A stretch of 64,000 bases of DNA, taken from NCBI GenBank assembly GCA_026936335.1, contig JAPMXV010000051.1, positions 248,001 through 312,000 on the forward strand, given 5' to 3'. This document shows, one piece after another, positions 24,601-32,325 of this stretch. This stretch comes from Mantamonas sphyraenae STR306 (Eukaryota > Protista > CRuMs). The position numbers were made by a program, and so were the translations under genes. Under the pieces are notes generated by a model. That model saw only the letters and a program-made list of their open reading frames with translations. It was not told the origin of the DNA and made no database searches. Each line of letters opens with the position of its first letter. The first letter of the stretch is position 1.

Positions 24601-27163
24601 CCCCCAGTTCTAAAATGCATGATGAGGAGGCCAGGTGCTCTGCATACCCTTCGTTGAGGTGCGGTGTGGACAAGCCAAGAAACACACGCCAATTGTCAGC
24701 CGCTCCTTCCTCTTTGTCAGGAAGGATGGTGTCAATGACGTGATCCAAGGACAGCAAGCCCCCGTCTCCGTCTCCGTCTCCGTCTCCGTCTCCGTCTCCG
24801 TCTCCGTCTCCGTCGCCTTGCAGCTGGAACACACGGTCGATTGCAGCGCCGGCATTTTGTTTCCACACCTCCGCCTCTTCTGCCGAGGGGGGTGTGGAAC
24901 CAAGGATGGATGCGAGATCTTTGTTGGTACCCACGAAGAAGTTCCTGGTCGTGTCAATGTCCATTTCCTTCAGCGCAGCGACGAGGCGATGCTGTTTGGA
25001 AAGCGCTCGGCGCAGATCGACTCCGATCACTCCGCGTTGCGACGCAATTGACTTGCGCAGCTTGCCCTTGGGTAGGCATTGTGTGCAGAGACTCGTCCAG
25101 CTCTTCCCGGTGATCATGTTGTTGAACAGATCCGATGGGTTTGTGTATACGGGAGGGTGGTCATTCGCCTGCGCCGCCGCAACAAGCCCCTCGACGCCCG
25201 CGGCGCTTGTGTCGACCGTTACCTTGAACTGGTGTCGATCTTTGTGGTCGATGTCTGCAAAGTCGACGTTGGGGGAGCGATGATCGGTGTGGTTCGCCCA
25301 GCGTAGCTGCGTCTGTTCGCTGAGCTCAAGCAGTTGATCCTGCAGTGTTTCACTGTGTTTGAGTGCTCTTCCTCGCCGGCAAACCTCACCAGCGGGAAGT
25401 ACATGAGCTGTTGATATCTCTGGGTCAGACTCGACTGCAAACTGCGCCACAAACGCATCCAACAGCGATGTGACACCACCACCGTCGTCAAAATGCACGG
25501 TGCCGATGACGTTGGCCTCTGGCAAGGTCTCCTCAACAACCACGTCCTTCACGGCCCCATCGAACACACGCCCCCACGCATGGAGGGACGTGATACGCGC
25601 AATGTCGCTGTCCTCAAACCCAAGCACCTGCATATGCAGCGCAACCCACGGAAGGTAGCGGAGAGCGTGCTCCTGGAGAAGGAGCCTGTGTTTCGATGCT
25701 GGTTGCTTTCCAGACGTGCCACGCAGGAGGTGAGCGATGGATAGGTCGTTTTCGACAATGGGAGCGTACACGTGCGTGAGCAGATCTCCGTCGTCGAGCA
25801 GCTGCTCCAGCGACGCCCTATCCAAGTTCAATGCACTGCGACGTGGTGGTCGTACACTGGCTTGGATGTCGCTGGAAAGCAAAATGGCAGCCGACAAACT
25901 CATGATTTGGTTGTCCATTCCGTCCACCATCGCTGTGCCCAGCGTGTCGTGGATCAGGAACACGGGATGTGTGGTTTGAGAATACGCCCAGTCACTGTCC
26001 CGGTGGACAGCGATGATGAAACTGATGTCGTCGTCCTCCTCCGCGTAGGTCTGCATCACGGCATCCTTGACATGGTCTGCAAGCACGGCCTGTTGTGCCA
26101 AGCCCGCCACCTCGTTCCCGAAGATGAGCTCCTCATGCTCCGAGCACAGATGCTTTGTAGCGTGGTACATGGCCATGTGAGCCTCTCCTGTAAGGCAGAG
26201 TCGGCGCTCTTGGCCGAGTCGGTCTGCAGACAGGGGCCCGGCTGGCCTTCCTCGTTTCGCCTGAGCAATTTCGCGCCGCAGTCGCTGCATCGCCTGAACA
26301 TGCACCAGGGTGCCCTCAATTCGCCGGAGGTGGGTCCCATAGCTGATGGATCTTGCCTCCTCCACAGGGATCTCTGGCTTGATGTCACAGCACAGGGCAA
26401 AACGGAGCATCCCGGCTTTCTTGGCATCTCTCACGTCGATCCGCAGCTCTGTGTTTGCCATTTCCATCTCAATGCACCGCTTTACCAACTCGCGCACCTG
26501 CTGCTTGTTCAAATCCGTCGTACGACACGCGCTCTCCAGTGCTGAGTAGCAGACTGCCGAAACATCCACAAATACGACCACCAATCCTGTGGGAGTCAGT
26601 AATTCCTCGTGGAACTCGATGCCAAGCATAGACATGATATCCCTCTGTCGTTTTGCTTTCCCTGATCCGCCCTGTCGTCCCGTTTGAAGCTCTACGGGCT
26701 GCGTTTTGTGACTACACTGTCCGTGCATTTTCACAGCCTCCCTCACTTCTTCTTCGTCGCGCCACACCGCATTCCCAAGGACACTGGCCTCATCCATGTA
26801 CATCTGATCCCCACCTTCCTCCCAGTCCTCGTCCATTGCATCGTCTGCCTCCGCCTCGATGGCCTCCTGAAACATGTCGACGCTGCCAACACCTCGGACG
26901 CGCCTCCGTCGGCCGACCGCATCCTCATCCTCGCCCAGTTCGACCACCTCGTCTTTTACACGCAGCACACACGCACTACAGAATCTATTCTGCAACTGTA
27001 CATCGTTTCCGCATCGGCGGGAATCGCATTTGTGCCACCGCGCCCGCTTTTGGTCCGCACCGCTCACCTCCAGCTGCAGAGCCGCGTCATCATCGTTGTC
27101 AACCATGATGTCGCTGTGGCCACGTTTTCGTGTACGGTTGTATTCCATGTTGCGCTGGCTCAT
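21620..27163 (-). CDS. Giant Fanzor (eukaryotic TnpB-family RNA-guided RuvC nuclease), ~1,847 aa
   Basis: ORF 21620..27250 is uninterrupted; likely start is ACC-ATG at 27163. RuvC-I 'FIGMDPG' (D at 22478-22480). 'LCIGD' has Gly at the canonical TnpB Glu position, and the relocated Glu is in 'VVRVNECNTT' (21920-21922). Zn finger CPTC...CKRC. RuvC-III 'HRNRDFASAQAI' (D at 21803-21805). Basic NLS-like patches occur at the N-terminus. Confidence 0.88.
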   Translation of the reverse strand: MSQRNMEYNRTRKRGHSDIMVDNDDDAALQLEVSGADQKRARWHKCDSRRCGNDVQLQNRFCSACVLRVKDEVVELGEDEDAVGRRRRVRGVGSVDMFQEAIEAEADDAMDEDWEEGGDQMYMDEASVLGNAVWRDEEEVREAVKMHGQCSHKTQPVELQTGRQGGSGKAKRQRDIMSMLGIEFHEELLTPTGLVVVFVDVSAVCYSALESACRTTDLNKQQVRELVKRCIEMEMANTELRIDVRDAKKAGMLRFALCCDIKPEIPVEEARSISYGTHLRRIEGTLVHVQAMQRLRREIAQAKRGRPAGPLSADRLGQERRLCLTGEAHMAMYHATKHLCSEHEELIFGNEVAGLAQQAVLADHVKDAVMQTYAEEDDDISFIIAVHRDSDWAYSQTTHPVFLIHDTLGTAMVDGMDNQIMSLSAAILLSSDIQASVRPPRRSALNLDRASLEQLLDDGDLLTHVYAPIVENDLSIAHLLRGTSGKQPASKHRLLLQEHALRYLPWVALHMQVLGFEDSDIARITSLHAWGRVFDGAVKDVVVEETLPEANVIGTVHFDDGGGVTSLLDAFVAQFAVESDPEISTAHVLPAGEVCRRGRALKHSETLQDQLLELSEQTQLRWANHTDHRSPNVDFADIDHKDRHQFKVTVDTSAAGVEGLVAAAQANDHPPVYTNPSDLFNNMITGKSWTSLCTQCLPKGKLRKSIASQRGVIGVDLRRALSKQHRLVAALKEMDIDTTRNFFVGTNKDLASILGSTPPSAEEAEVWKQNAGAAIDRVFQLQGDGDGDGDGDGDGDGDGDGGLLSLDHVIDTILPDKEEGAADNWRVFLGLSTPHLNEGYAEHLASSSCILELGALSTLRNQALVTEDDVEQLRRVQAVFGYLVAIQQDLLECGQIEPDTEVERLLANSCVCEEGRLYLKAPEGVGVVCAAHCTQNGLIAANTDLILRKKQDGGIEAEYLDGLEDTVGREAMRLDILPKGMFSTLCQRAAAHVVTSWRVMLTSQANTNLIDLVRAASPELAHTDLAAFVNRELDTNDSADGYGGATDAKTRRACKRAVEDVLLQVCNVSFKEFRSLQGEDTKRKVAALQCFFKLGKACNSTRKLYGDKSSFHIQLAAEREHIFGRWAAQTIARNLSLICEVWEDEMDSKLAWSILCAASTSTPGVLDGPPSEVCRHRAKTCQCVVHRWVRQVQVARNEAHVHSMRASLAWHMMNHEEDLVQSSSSSGGGGGGGDGGGGDGCARRPLFSSTSVEGMRMCAQTCANQTARMITYAEGARIPDDELGAFAGALLFAAFNLFDVLSPTHAPRLAKTPFLNDGFLSVRLFSSVHMAHARHWTIPAGPQQRRLYMLEHLLVPDERLSLFPTLKACINLLRNPTATSCDDTKDIEDADVLKFLQGDFSLLEDAPQPRSALSAPFVTHPIARYNYSAVGKAALRATRGRDPGAHTQEQRNTRRLIDRIAAVAIRLCQVGVLVASHESLRKRGDGNGGGELAADDGARTQTKAVHALLRKWLPRSAEKLIAVGLCPRHLESRRPHGVIGSFSRILPLSQEANMRLQFIGMDPGMANAPSALVVPLSETVRDGNLLQFATAYRFSPPSLGALLRKTGIKKDSALLSSRVRERMQELRVRRAGLFADRHSEARVGRTLRHQCRAALTVEEASSAVSQEEDSQSGDRKTHHPREQKSRMRKMREHWLAQVRATEKMQLEKGQLRRITLLCIGDGFKGGRGGVKKLEDLAKHNMIVVRVNECNTTLRCPTCGSVHESKHGNARTARVKYCKRCKMHRNRDFASAQAIANKVYAALRGHTIWCMTKVWQRSQIGRAFRSKIGLPENVDGEAKNLEANSSAG
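24762..24814 (-). repeat. (GGAGAC)n hexamer repeat encoding a (GD)n linker inside the Fanzor ORF
   Basis: ccgtct repeated ~9 times on the + strand; translation GDGDGDGD... Confidence 0.9.
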
Positions 27164-27250
27164 GGTACACTTTTCTCTTGAGCGTTGTGGCGCACCATAC
27201 AGAGCCCGAACAAAGCAGCCATTCGCCCCAGCCATTCGACCCGTTCTCAC

Positions 27251-27784
27251 TCACATGCGCTTCACCACGCACTCCGATCCTTTGCGGGAGTACCCAAAGC
27301 GACGCTGCATGGCCCTGCGGTCCACACCACACTCGTCCACAAAGACGATGCGTTCGGCTGCCAGCAACGGGTCGCTCTGCATGCGTTTCATGTGCGTCTC
27401 CAACCGCTGCATGTTTACTTCCTTGAATCGCTCCTTAGGAATAGTCTTGGCCTGTTTGCGACTATACTGCATGCGTTTGAGAGCGGCGCAAATCGTCGAC
27501 TTTGCAACTGACACTCCCACATCTGCGAGCAGGCCCCGCAGTTGATCCAAACTCAGCAAAGGGTCAGCATCAAGCCAAGTACGCAAAAGATCTTCTTCCG
27601 TCGTTCCTATCTTTCGGGGACCTCGCGCACCGCCTCGCTTCTTGGCCTTGGGGCCGTTGCGGAGGAAGCAACACACGGACGATCGGGGCACGCTGCAATG
27701 CTGTGCCACCTCTTCCAAAGTCCAGCACGGATTGAGATTCTTCGTATGCAGCACATTGCGCCGTTCGCGCTCGCTGTACTCCAT
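27251..27784 (-). CDS. IS630/Tc1-mariner-like transposase, C-terminally truncated (HTH domains plus first catalytic Asp only)
   Basis: ORF 27251..27835, likely start MEYSER at 27784. HTH 'TLEEVAQHCSVPRSSV', second HTH 'LSLDQLRGLLADVGVSVAKSTICAALKRMQYSRK', then 'IVFVDECG...RRFGYSRKG' (start of the DDE_3 domain), then TGA. No 'DNAxxH'/'LNPIE'-like remainder is visible in the other frames. Confidence 0.8.
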   Translation of the reverse strand: MEYSERERRNVLHTKNLNPCWTLEEVAQHCSVPRSSVCCFLRNGPKAKKRGGARGPRKIGTTEEDLLRTWLDADPLLSLDQLRGLLADVGVSVAKSTICAALKRMQYSRKQAKTIPKERFKEVNMQRLETHMKRMQSDPLLAAERIVFVDECGVDRRAMQRRFGYSRKGSECVVKRM

Positions 27785-27788
27785 TCCC

Positions 27789-27818
27789 AGGTAGTATGCA
27801 CCACCGTTTGCGTTGGTT
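27789..27818 (-). repeat. ~30-nt imperfect direct repeat, copy 2 (ends 4 nt before the likely transposase ATG)
   Basis: Minus strand AACCAACGCAAACGGT-GGTGCATACTACCT then GGGA ATG; matches 21557-21586. Confidence 0.55.
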
Positions 27819-27876
27819 TTCCACTCTCGAACCATTGTTGTGGCTCACATGTCGCACTTGGATGTCGAGGGGAAGT

Positions 27877-28183
27877 TGTTGGCCTTGCGCACGCCAACAT
27901 CGCCACAGACAATGGTGCATTGCTTGAATCTCGTCACGACTCTCTTCCACGACGCCGTTGGACGAATTTGGGGGAATTTGTCCAAACACTGCCATGCTGA
28001 TCATCCGGAGTGGCAAGAAGAGCCCTGCGCTCCGACATCAAGCTGCTGGAGAATTGAATCATATCGGCATGTCCACAAGGATGGTGGCGTGGTGAGTGGA
28101 CATGTGGAAACGCGGTGGTGAAATACCACCAGCAAACGGGACGATGAGATGCGGCAGCCAATGCCTCAGACTGAAAAGCATTG
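27877..28183. other. Hairpin-dense non-coding segment at the element's other end
   Basis: Seven inverted repeats read directly: 27877-27883/27893-27899, 27910-27914/27918-27922, 27958-27968/27975-27985, 27990-27995/28010-28015, 28068-28076/28096-28104, 28114-28119/28125-28130, 28159-28164/28178-28183. Confidence 0.55.
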
Positions 28184-28253
28184 TAGTTGTGCACAGGATG
28201 CATTTGTTCATTACGTGTTGCTACTCTGGCACCCCTTACTTTGACAAATGAGT

Positions 28254-29330
28254 CTATCTTGCCCGAATGAGGCCAATTTCAGTTTGCTTCGAATTCTCTG
28301 TAAAGCGGAGGATCACCTTGCCAACGACACCTGATCGCGTCCGTTGGTGTTCCAGGGCTTTGTGGACATCGGCAACGTCGTACTCGGACTCGATGCGCAC
28401 TTGAACCTGGTTCGTAGCCAACAATGACAGCATGGAGGCCAAATCGGCACCGCTTGGCCGCGAAACAAACGGAATGAGCTCCACGTCGGTCTTGGGCTTC
28501 TGCTTCCACTGGGAAAACGCAAGAAACTTGCCTACCACCCACGACACCTTGTAGCCTCCGTCCAACAGGACTTGCTTTGGGGGCAAGGCAGTGAGGCTGA
28601 CCACAGTGCGTTTGGTGAGCTCGAGGCTCTGTGTGAGTGTTTTGCCGCCCTGTGTGTCCAAAGTGACATCGACAGGATCGTGTTCCAGCTCTTCGGCAAA
28701 GTCCTGTGTGCGATAGTCGATTGTTGTGGAAATGCCGTGGGCTGCAAGCAGTTCGCTGTGGTCCGCTCGTGCGGTGCCGATGACCTGCGCCTCTGCGTTG
28801 ACGCAAAGCTGTGCAAAAAGCATACCCACGGCCCCAGTCGCGCCATGAACAAGCACGCGATCTCCTTTCATCACGTGCGCTGCCTCAAAGGCTTGCCAGG
28901 CCGAAATCCCCGCGCAGCACAGCGCAGCTGCCTTGCCCCAATCAGTATCACCTTCGTCCTCGGGCAATGCCGCCACTCGATCCGCGTCAATCACCACGTA
29001 CTGTTGCCAGGCGCCTGCGTGAGGTACTCCGACGTAGGCGGCCACTTTGTCGTCCACGGCAAAGTCTTTGACCCCCGACCCCACATGGACGACCACTCCG
29101 GCCACGTCAACGCCCGGTACAAATGTGGGAGACACCTGAAGCACATTCTTGTTGTCCCCATCAATGGTTTGAAGGTCGACGGGGTTCACGGATGAGGCGA
29201 CCACACGCACCAGCACCTGATTCGCCCCGACGTCGTCTGCAGAGACGGTACAGCCCTGCTCGGCCACGTTGACCGAACCGTACTCGTCCACTTGGACGGC
29301 AACGCCTACAAAGGACTGTGTAGAGGACAT
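28254..29330 (-). CDS. NADPH:quinone oxidoreductase / zinc-independent MDR family oxidoreductase
   Basis: 'VLVRVVASSVNPVD', 'PGVDVAGVV', Rossmann 'VLVHGATGAVG', C-terminal 'GKVIL'. Intronless; start taken at MSSTQ. Confidence 0.85.
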   Translation of the reverse strand: MSSTQSFVGVAVQVDEYGSVNVAEQGCTVSADDVGANQVLVRVVASSVNPVDLQTIDGDNKNVLQVSPTFVPGVDVAGVVVHVGSGVKDFAVDDKVAAYVGVPHAGAWQQYVVIDADRVAALPEDEGDTDWGKAAALCCAGISAWQAFEAAHVMKGDRVLVHGATGAVGMLFAQLCVNAEAQVIGTARADHSELLAAHGISTTIDYRTQDFAEELEHDPVDVTLDTQGGKTLTQSLELTKRTVVSLTALPPKQVLLDGGYKVSWVVGKFLAFSQWKQKPKTDVELIPFVSRPSGADLASMLSLLATNQVQVRIESEYDVADVHKALEHQRTRSGVVGKVILRFTENSKQTEIGLIRAR

Positions 29331-29381
29331 GCAGGGTTTGCGCTGGGGGAGCAAAGGCAGCTGTTCAGTTCCCGGGCCACC

Positions 29382-30494
29382 ATGGACTTTGACCGCTTCC
29401 TGCCCAACAGCAATGACAAGGGTGTGCAGCGGGCGCTGGACACGCTGCGTGCAAGCAAAGACAGGCTGACACTTCCTGTGAATGGCTGTGCGGTGCTGGC
29501 GTCACACCAGAGGCTGGCCACGTCCGTGTGCTTCCAGTACGCCCTTTCTGTGGCCCGCGACGGCCAGCGGGTCATTCTGCTGAGCACACGCGAACACTTG
29601 CGAGTGAACTTGCCCTACCTGCAGACAGGCATGGGCAAGGAGGAGCAGGAGGAGCTACTGGCGTCGGTGGAGATCAGTGCGTTGACGTGCGGGCCTTCTT
29701 TCCCAACCCCAGCTTGCTGCACACACTAACGCGGTGTCCATGGCGCTCAGAGTATGTGGAGAACGAAAAGGATGTGCGGTTGTTTTTTGCCAATGTGCAC
29801 CTGCTGGACGAATTGCCGCGATTGGTGGTTCTCGAGAACCTGGCATCGCTCACCAGCCAGGAGCGCAATCAGGCCACCGTGAGCACGCTGGCATTCATGA
29901 AGCATGCGCAACAGTACATGAGCAAGGTTGCAGGTACATGTGTGTTGGTGAGCGATGAGGTGGACTATCGCACGTTTGCGCGCCAGAAAGCGCTGTACGA
30001 GCGCTTCTTCTCCGCCCTGGTTGTGGTCGAAGGTAGGATGTCATTGGTGAGACGACCAGGATGGGTGAAGCCCATGGGAGTGCACTGTGCTCACACACGC
30101 GTGTCCAGCCGGTGACGACGACCATCAACTGTACTCGGTGTCGCTTGTGTCTCTGTTTGGGTACACTCCGGAGATGGCCACCTCGTCTGGCGAGGGTGGT
30201 GCATCCACGTCGGTCTCCTCATCGTCAACGTCGTCTGCCTCAGCCCACCAGGCCATGATCTCGCCTATGAAGGTGCACAGCGGCGGGTCGTCTTCCTCCT
30301 CCGCCTCCGACGAAGACGTGGACGAGGACGAAGGTCGAGACAAGGCAGACAAGCTGGACACAGAAAGCATGGAGCATCCTGAACAGGTGGATGTGGAGTG
30401 GATCAAACGCGCGTTCAATTCCTTTGCCATTGTACAAGTTGAAGACGACGAACTGCTGCTGCTCCGTCTGGGCGGCGTCGACGACGACAGGTGA
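29382..30494 (+). CDS. SWSAP1-like RecA/RAD51 paralogue (Shu complex), 2 introns (~29677-29750, ~30033-30109)
   Basis: Spliced product 'TSVCFQYALSVARDGQRVILLSTREHL...LASVEIKYV...FFANVHLLDELPRLVVLENL' resembles the SWSAP1 architecture. GT..CTAAC..CAG intron signals restore the frame. Confidence 0.6.
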
Positions 30495-30513
30495 CACACA
30501 CAACACACACACA

Positions 30514-32238
30514 CTACCACCCGTGCTGTGCCACCATTCTGTCAAAAGCCACCTTGGCTTCGGATTCGGTGTAGTCTGCCTTGTTGCGCAGATCCAGACG
30601 TCCGCCGCCGGCCACCATCTGCGATTTGATCGTGAGGATCACCGCCTCCAGCGACGTGGTGGGCGACCACCCTGTGTTGGTCAACAGCTCTGTGCAAATG
30701 CTTCCCCCGATCAGCACGTGGCCTGTGCGAAAGGCAAACCGAGGCCTGATGACCCGGATGTACGGAGGGTGCGCTGGAAACTGTGCCCATGCGTGTCAGT
30801 GCTCGCCTACTCCTCGCAACGTCCCTTCTCTCTCTCGTTTTCAACGTACATCAGCAGGAAACACAATGCGCATCGTGATGCGCTTCTCCCGGCTCTTTGC
30901 CAAATCCTTCGCCAAAGGTTCATCGGAATCAAAATCAAACAGTTGCACCTCCCAATGGTAAATGTTGTCGTCCACAATGTCCACCTCGTAGCCATTCTCC
31001 TCTGGGTTGGACTCAAAGATGTGTTTCAACTCCGACTGAATGCGTTTGGTGGCGCTGGGCGTGCCCGACGTGGGCACCAACGTGATGGCCTGCGTCGAGC
31101 CACGCTTCAGCTTCTCTGCCTCTTCGTTGCGAAAGTCGTTGATGTCACGGATGGACATTTGCTCCTCACAGTCGTCCCGTGGGCATCCAAACTCCACGCT
31201 TGTGCTGAGCTGGAAGGATACCCATTCGGACAGGCAGGGCCTACAGAACCGGTGTGTGCATGTGTCCAAGGTGTACAGCTTCTCAATGTGCATCATACTG
31301 CCGCACTGCATGCATGCAAACGTGTTGGCTGCTGCTTCCTCCTCCTCCAGCAGCCTTCGTGCGAATTCCTCGTCGCTCAGCACCGTGCTGCTTCCACTCG
31401 TGCCACCACTGCTCGACTGCTGTTGTTCCTCCTCCTCCATCAGCTTCCTTGCAAACTCTTCGTCACTCAGCACCGTCTCGTTGTTTGCCGACGAATTCGA
31501 CGCTGCTGCTACCGCCGCCTGTTCCTCCTCCATCAGCCTCCTTGCAAACTCTTCGTCGCTTTCTACGTTCACACTGATGTCGTTGACCGAGCTTCCTGTG
31601 TCCACACTTTCTGTGCCTCTGCCATCGTTGCTTGGCGTTTCAAACGCTGCCATCAGCTCCCTCTGCGCATCGATGAGTGCGCGGTATTCTTCCACATCCT
31701 GTGTGTGTATGTGTTTGTGCGTGCGTGTGTGTGTGTGTGTGTGTGTGAGTGCATGAGCCGTTATTGGTTGTGTGTCAGTGGTGATTTGAGAGTTTGCTTT
31801 TGCCACGCCTTGAAAGTGGCATGTACGAGATGTGATGGAAGGGAACACACAGATACTGCCTCGGTTGTTTCTCTTGTCAATCCATCGCTGTTGGATGCAT
31901 CAAACACCCGCTGTCGCTTGAGCTCAGCGCCGTCTGGCACACCGGCCCGCGCTCACCGAGTTTGCGTTTCTGCAACGTTCCACACAGTCCCAGGCCATGC
32001 AGCAGCAACCACCACACACAGCGCACGCATGCAGTCAGCACCTATTTGAACATGGAGGTCAACGCACATGCACAGTACACGCGCACATGGAGTAGCACTC
32101 GTCACGAGGCGCAACCTCCAAGCACAAAGCGACACAGAGAGAGGGAGCGAGAAGATAAAGAAGGGAAAGAGAGTGTGTGTACAAACGTACCATCCCCAAG
32201 GCGGCTGCCTCTTGCTCCAGCTGCGCGTCCTGACTCAT
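30514..32238 (-). CDS. UBE2Q-like ubiquitin-conjugating enzyme fused to a RING finger and three UIM/MIU-like repeats (multi-exon; 5' exons approximate)
   Basis: 3x 'SDEEFARxLxEEE'; RING 'CMQC...CTHRFCRPC...CPRDDC'; UBC 'KRIQSELK...YHWEVQL...FPAD|FPAHPP...GHVLIGGSICTELL...GWSP'. Intron 30781-30849 joins the UBC halves. Confidence 0.8.
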
Positions 32239-32325
32239 CGGCAATCGTTTGGACGCACCACCGCATCCAACCGAACTCCCACACACCCTCCTCTCAACCC
32301 CCCCCCCCCCCCAACCAACACCCAC

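Larger units (their letters stand above)
21466..28185 (-). mobile_element. Putative Fanzor-carrying IS630/Tc1-mariner-derived element (~6.7 kb, probably non-autonomous); boundaries approximate
   Basis: Transposase fragment plus Fanzor ORF on the same strand, intron-free, lying between the stop codons of two convergent host genes (21341 and 28254). A TA|CAGGCTG end typical of Tc1/mariner is at 21464-21472. The opposite end is only a degenerate match near 28165-28185. Confidence 0.7.

Noticed and set aside
21342-28253. CRISPR array or cas genes associated with the RuvC protein (Cas12 interpretation)
   Set aside because: No repeat-spacer array or cas1/cas2 is visible; the context is eukaryotic and transposase-linked, and the catalytic arrangement is Fanzor-type.
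27836-28253. Perfect terminal inverted repeat matching 21466 onward
   Set aside because: Manual search for CTCAATTTGACTCGAACAGCCTG found no good match; only a degenerate candidate, reported as tentative.
31700-31748. (CA/GT)n tracts here and near 59630, 60310 and 63420 as independent elements
   Set aside because: They lie within introns, mostly near the splice sites; an ordinary intron feature of this genome.
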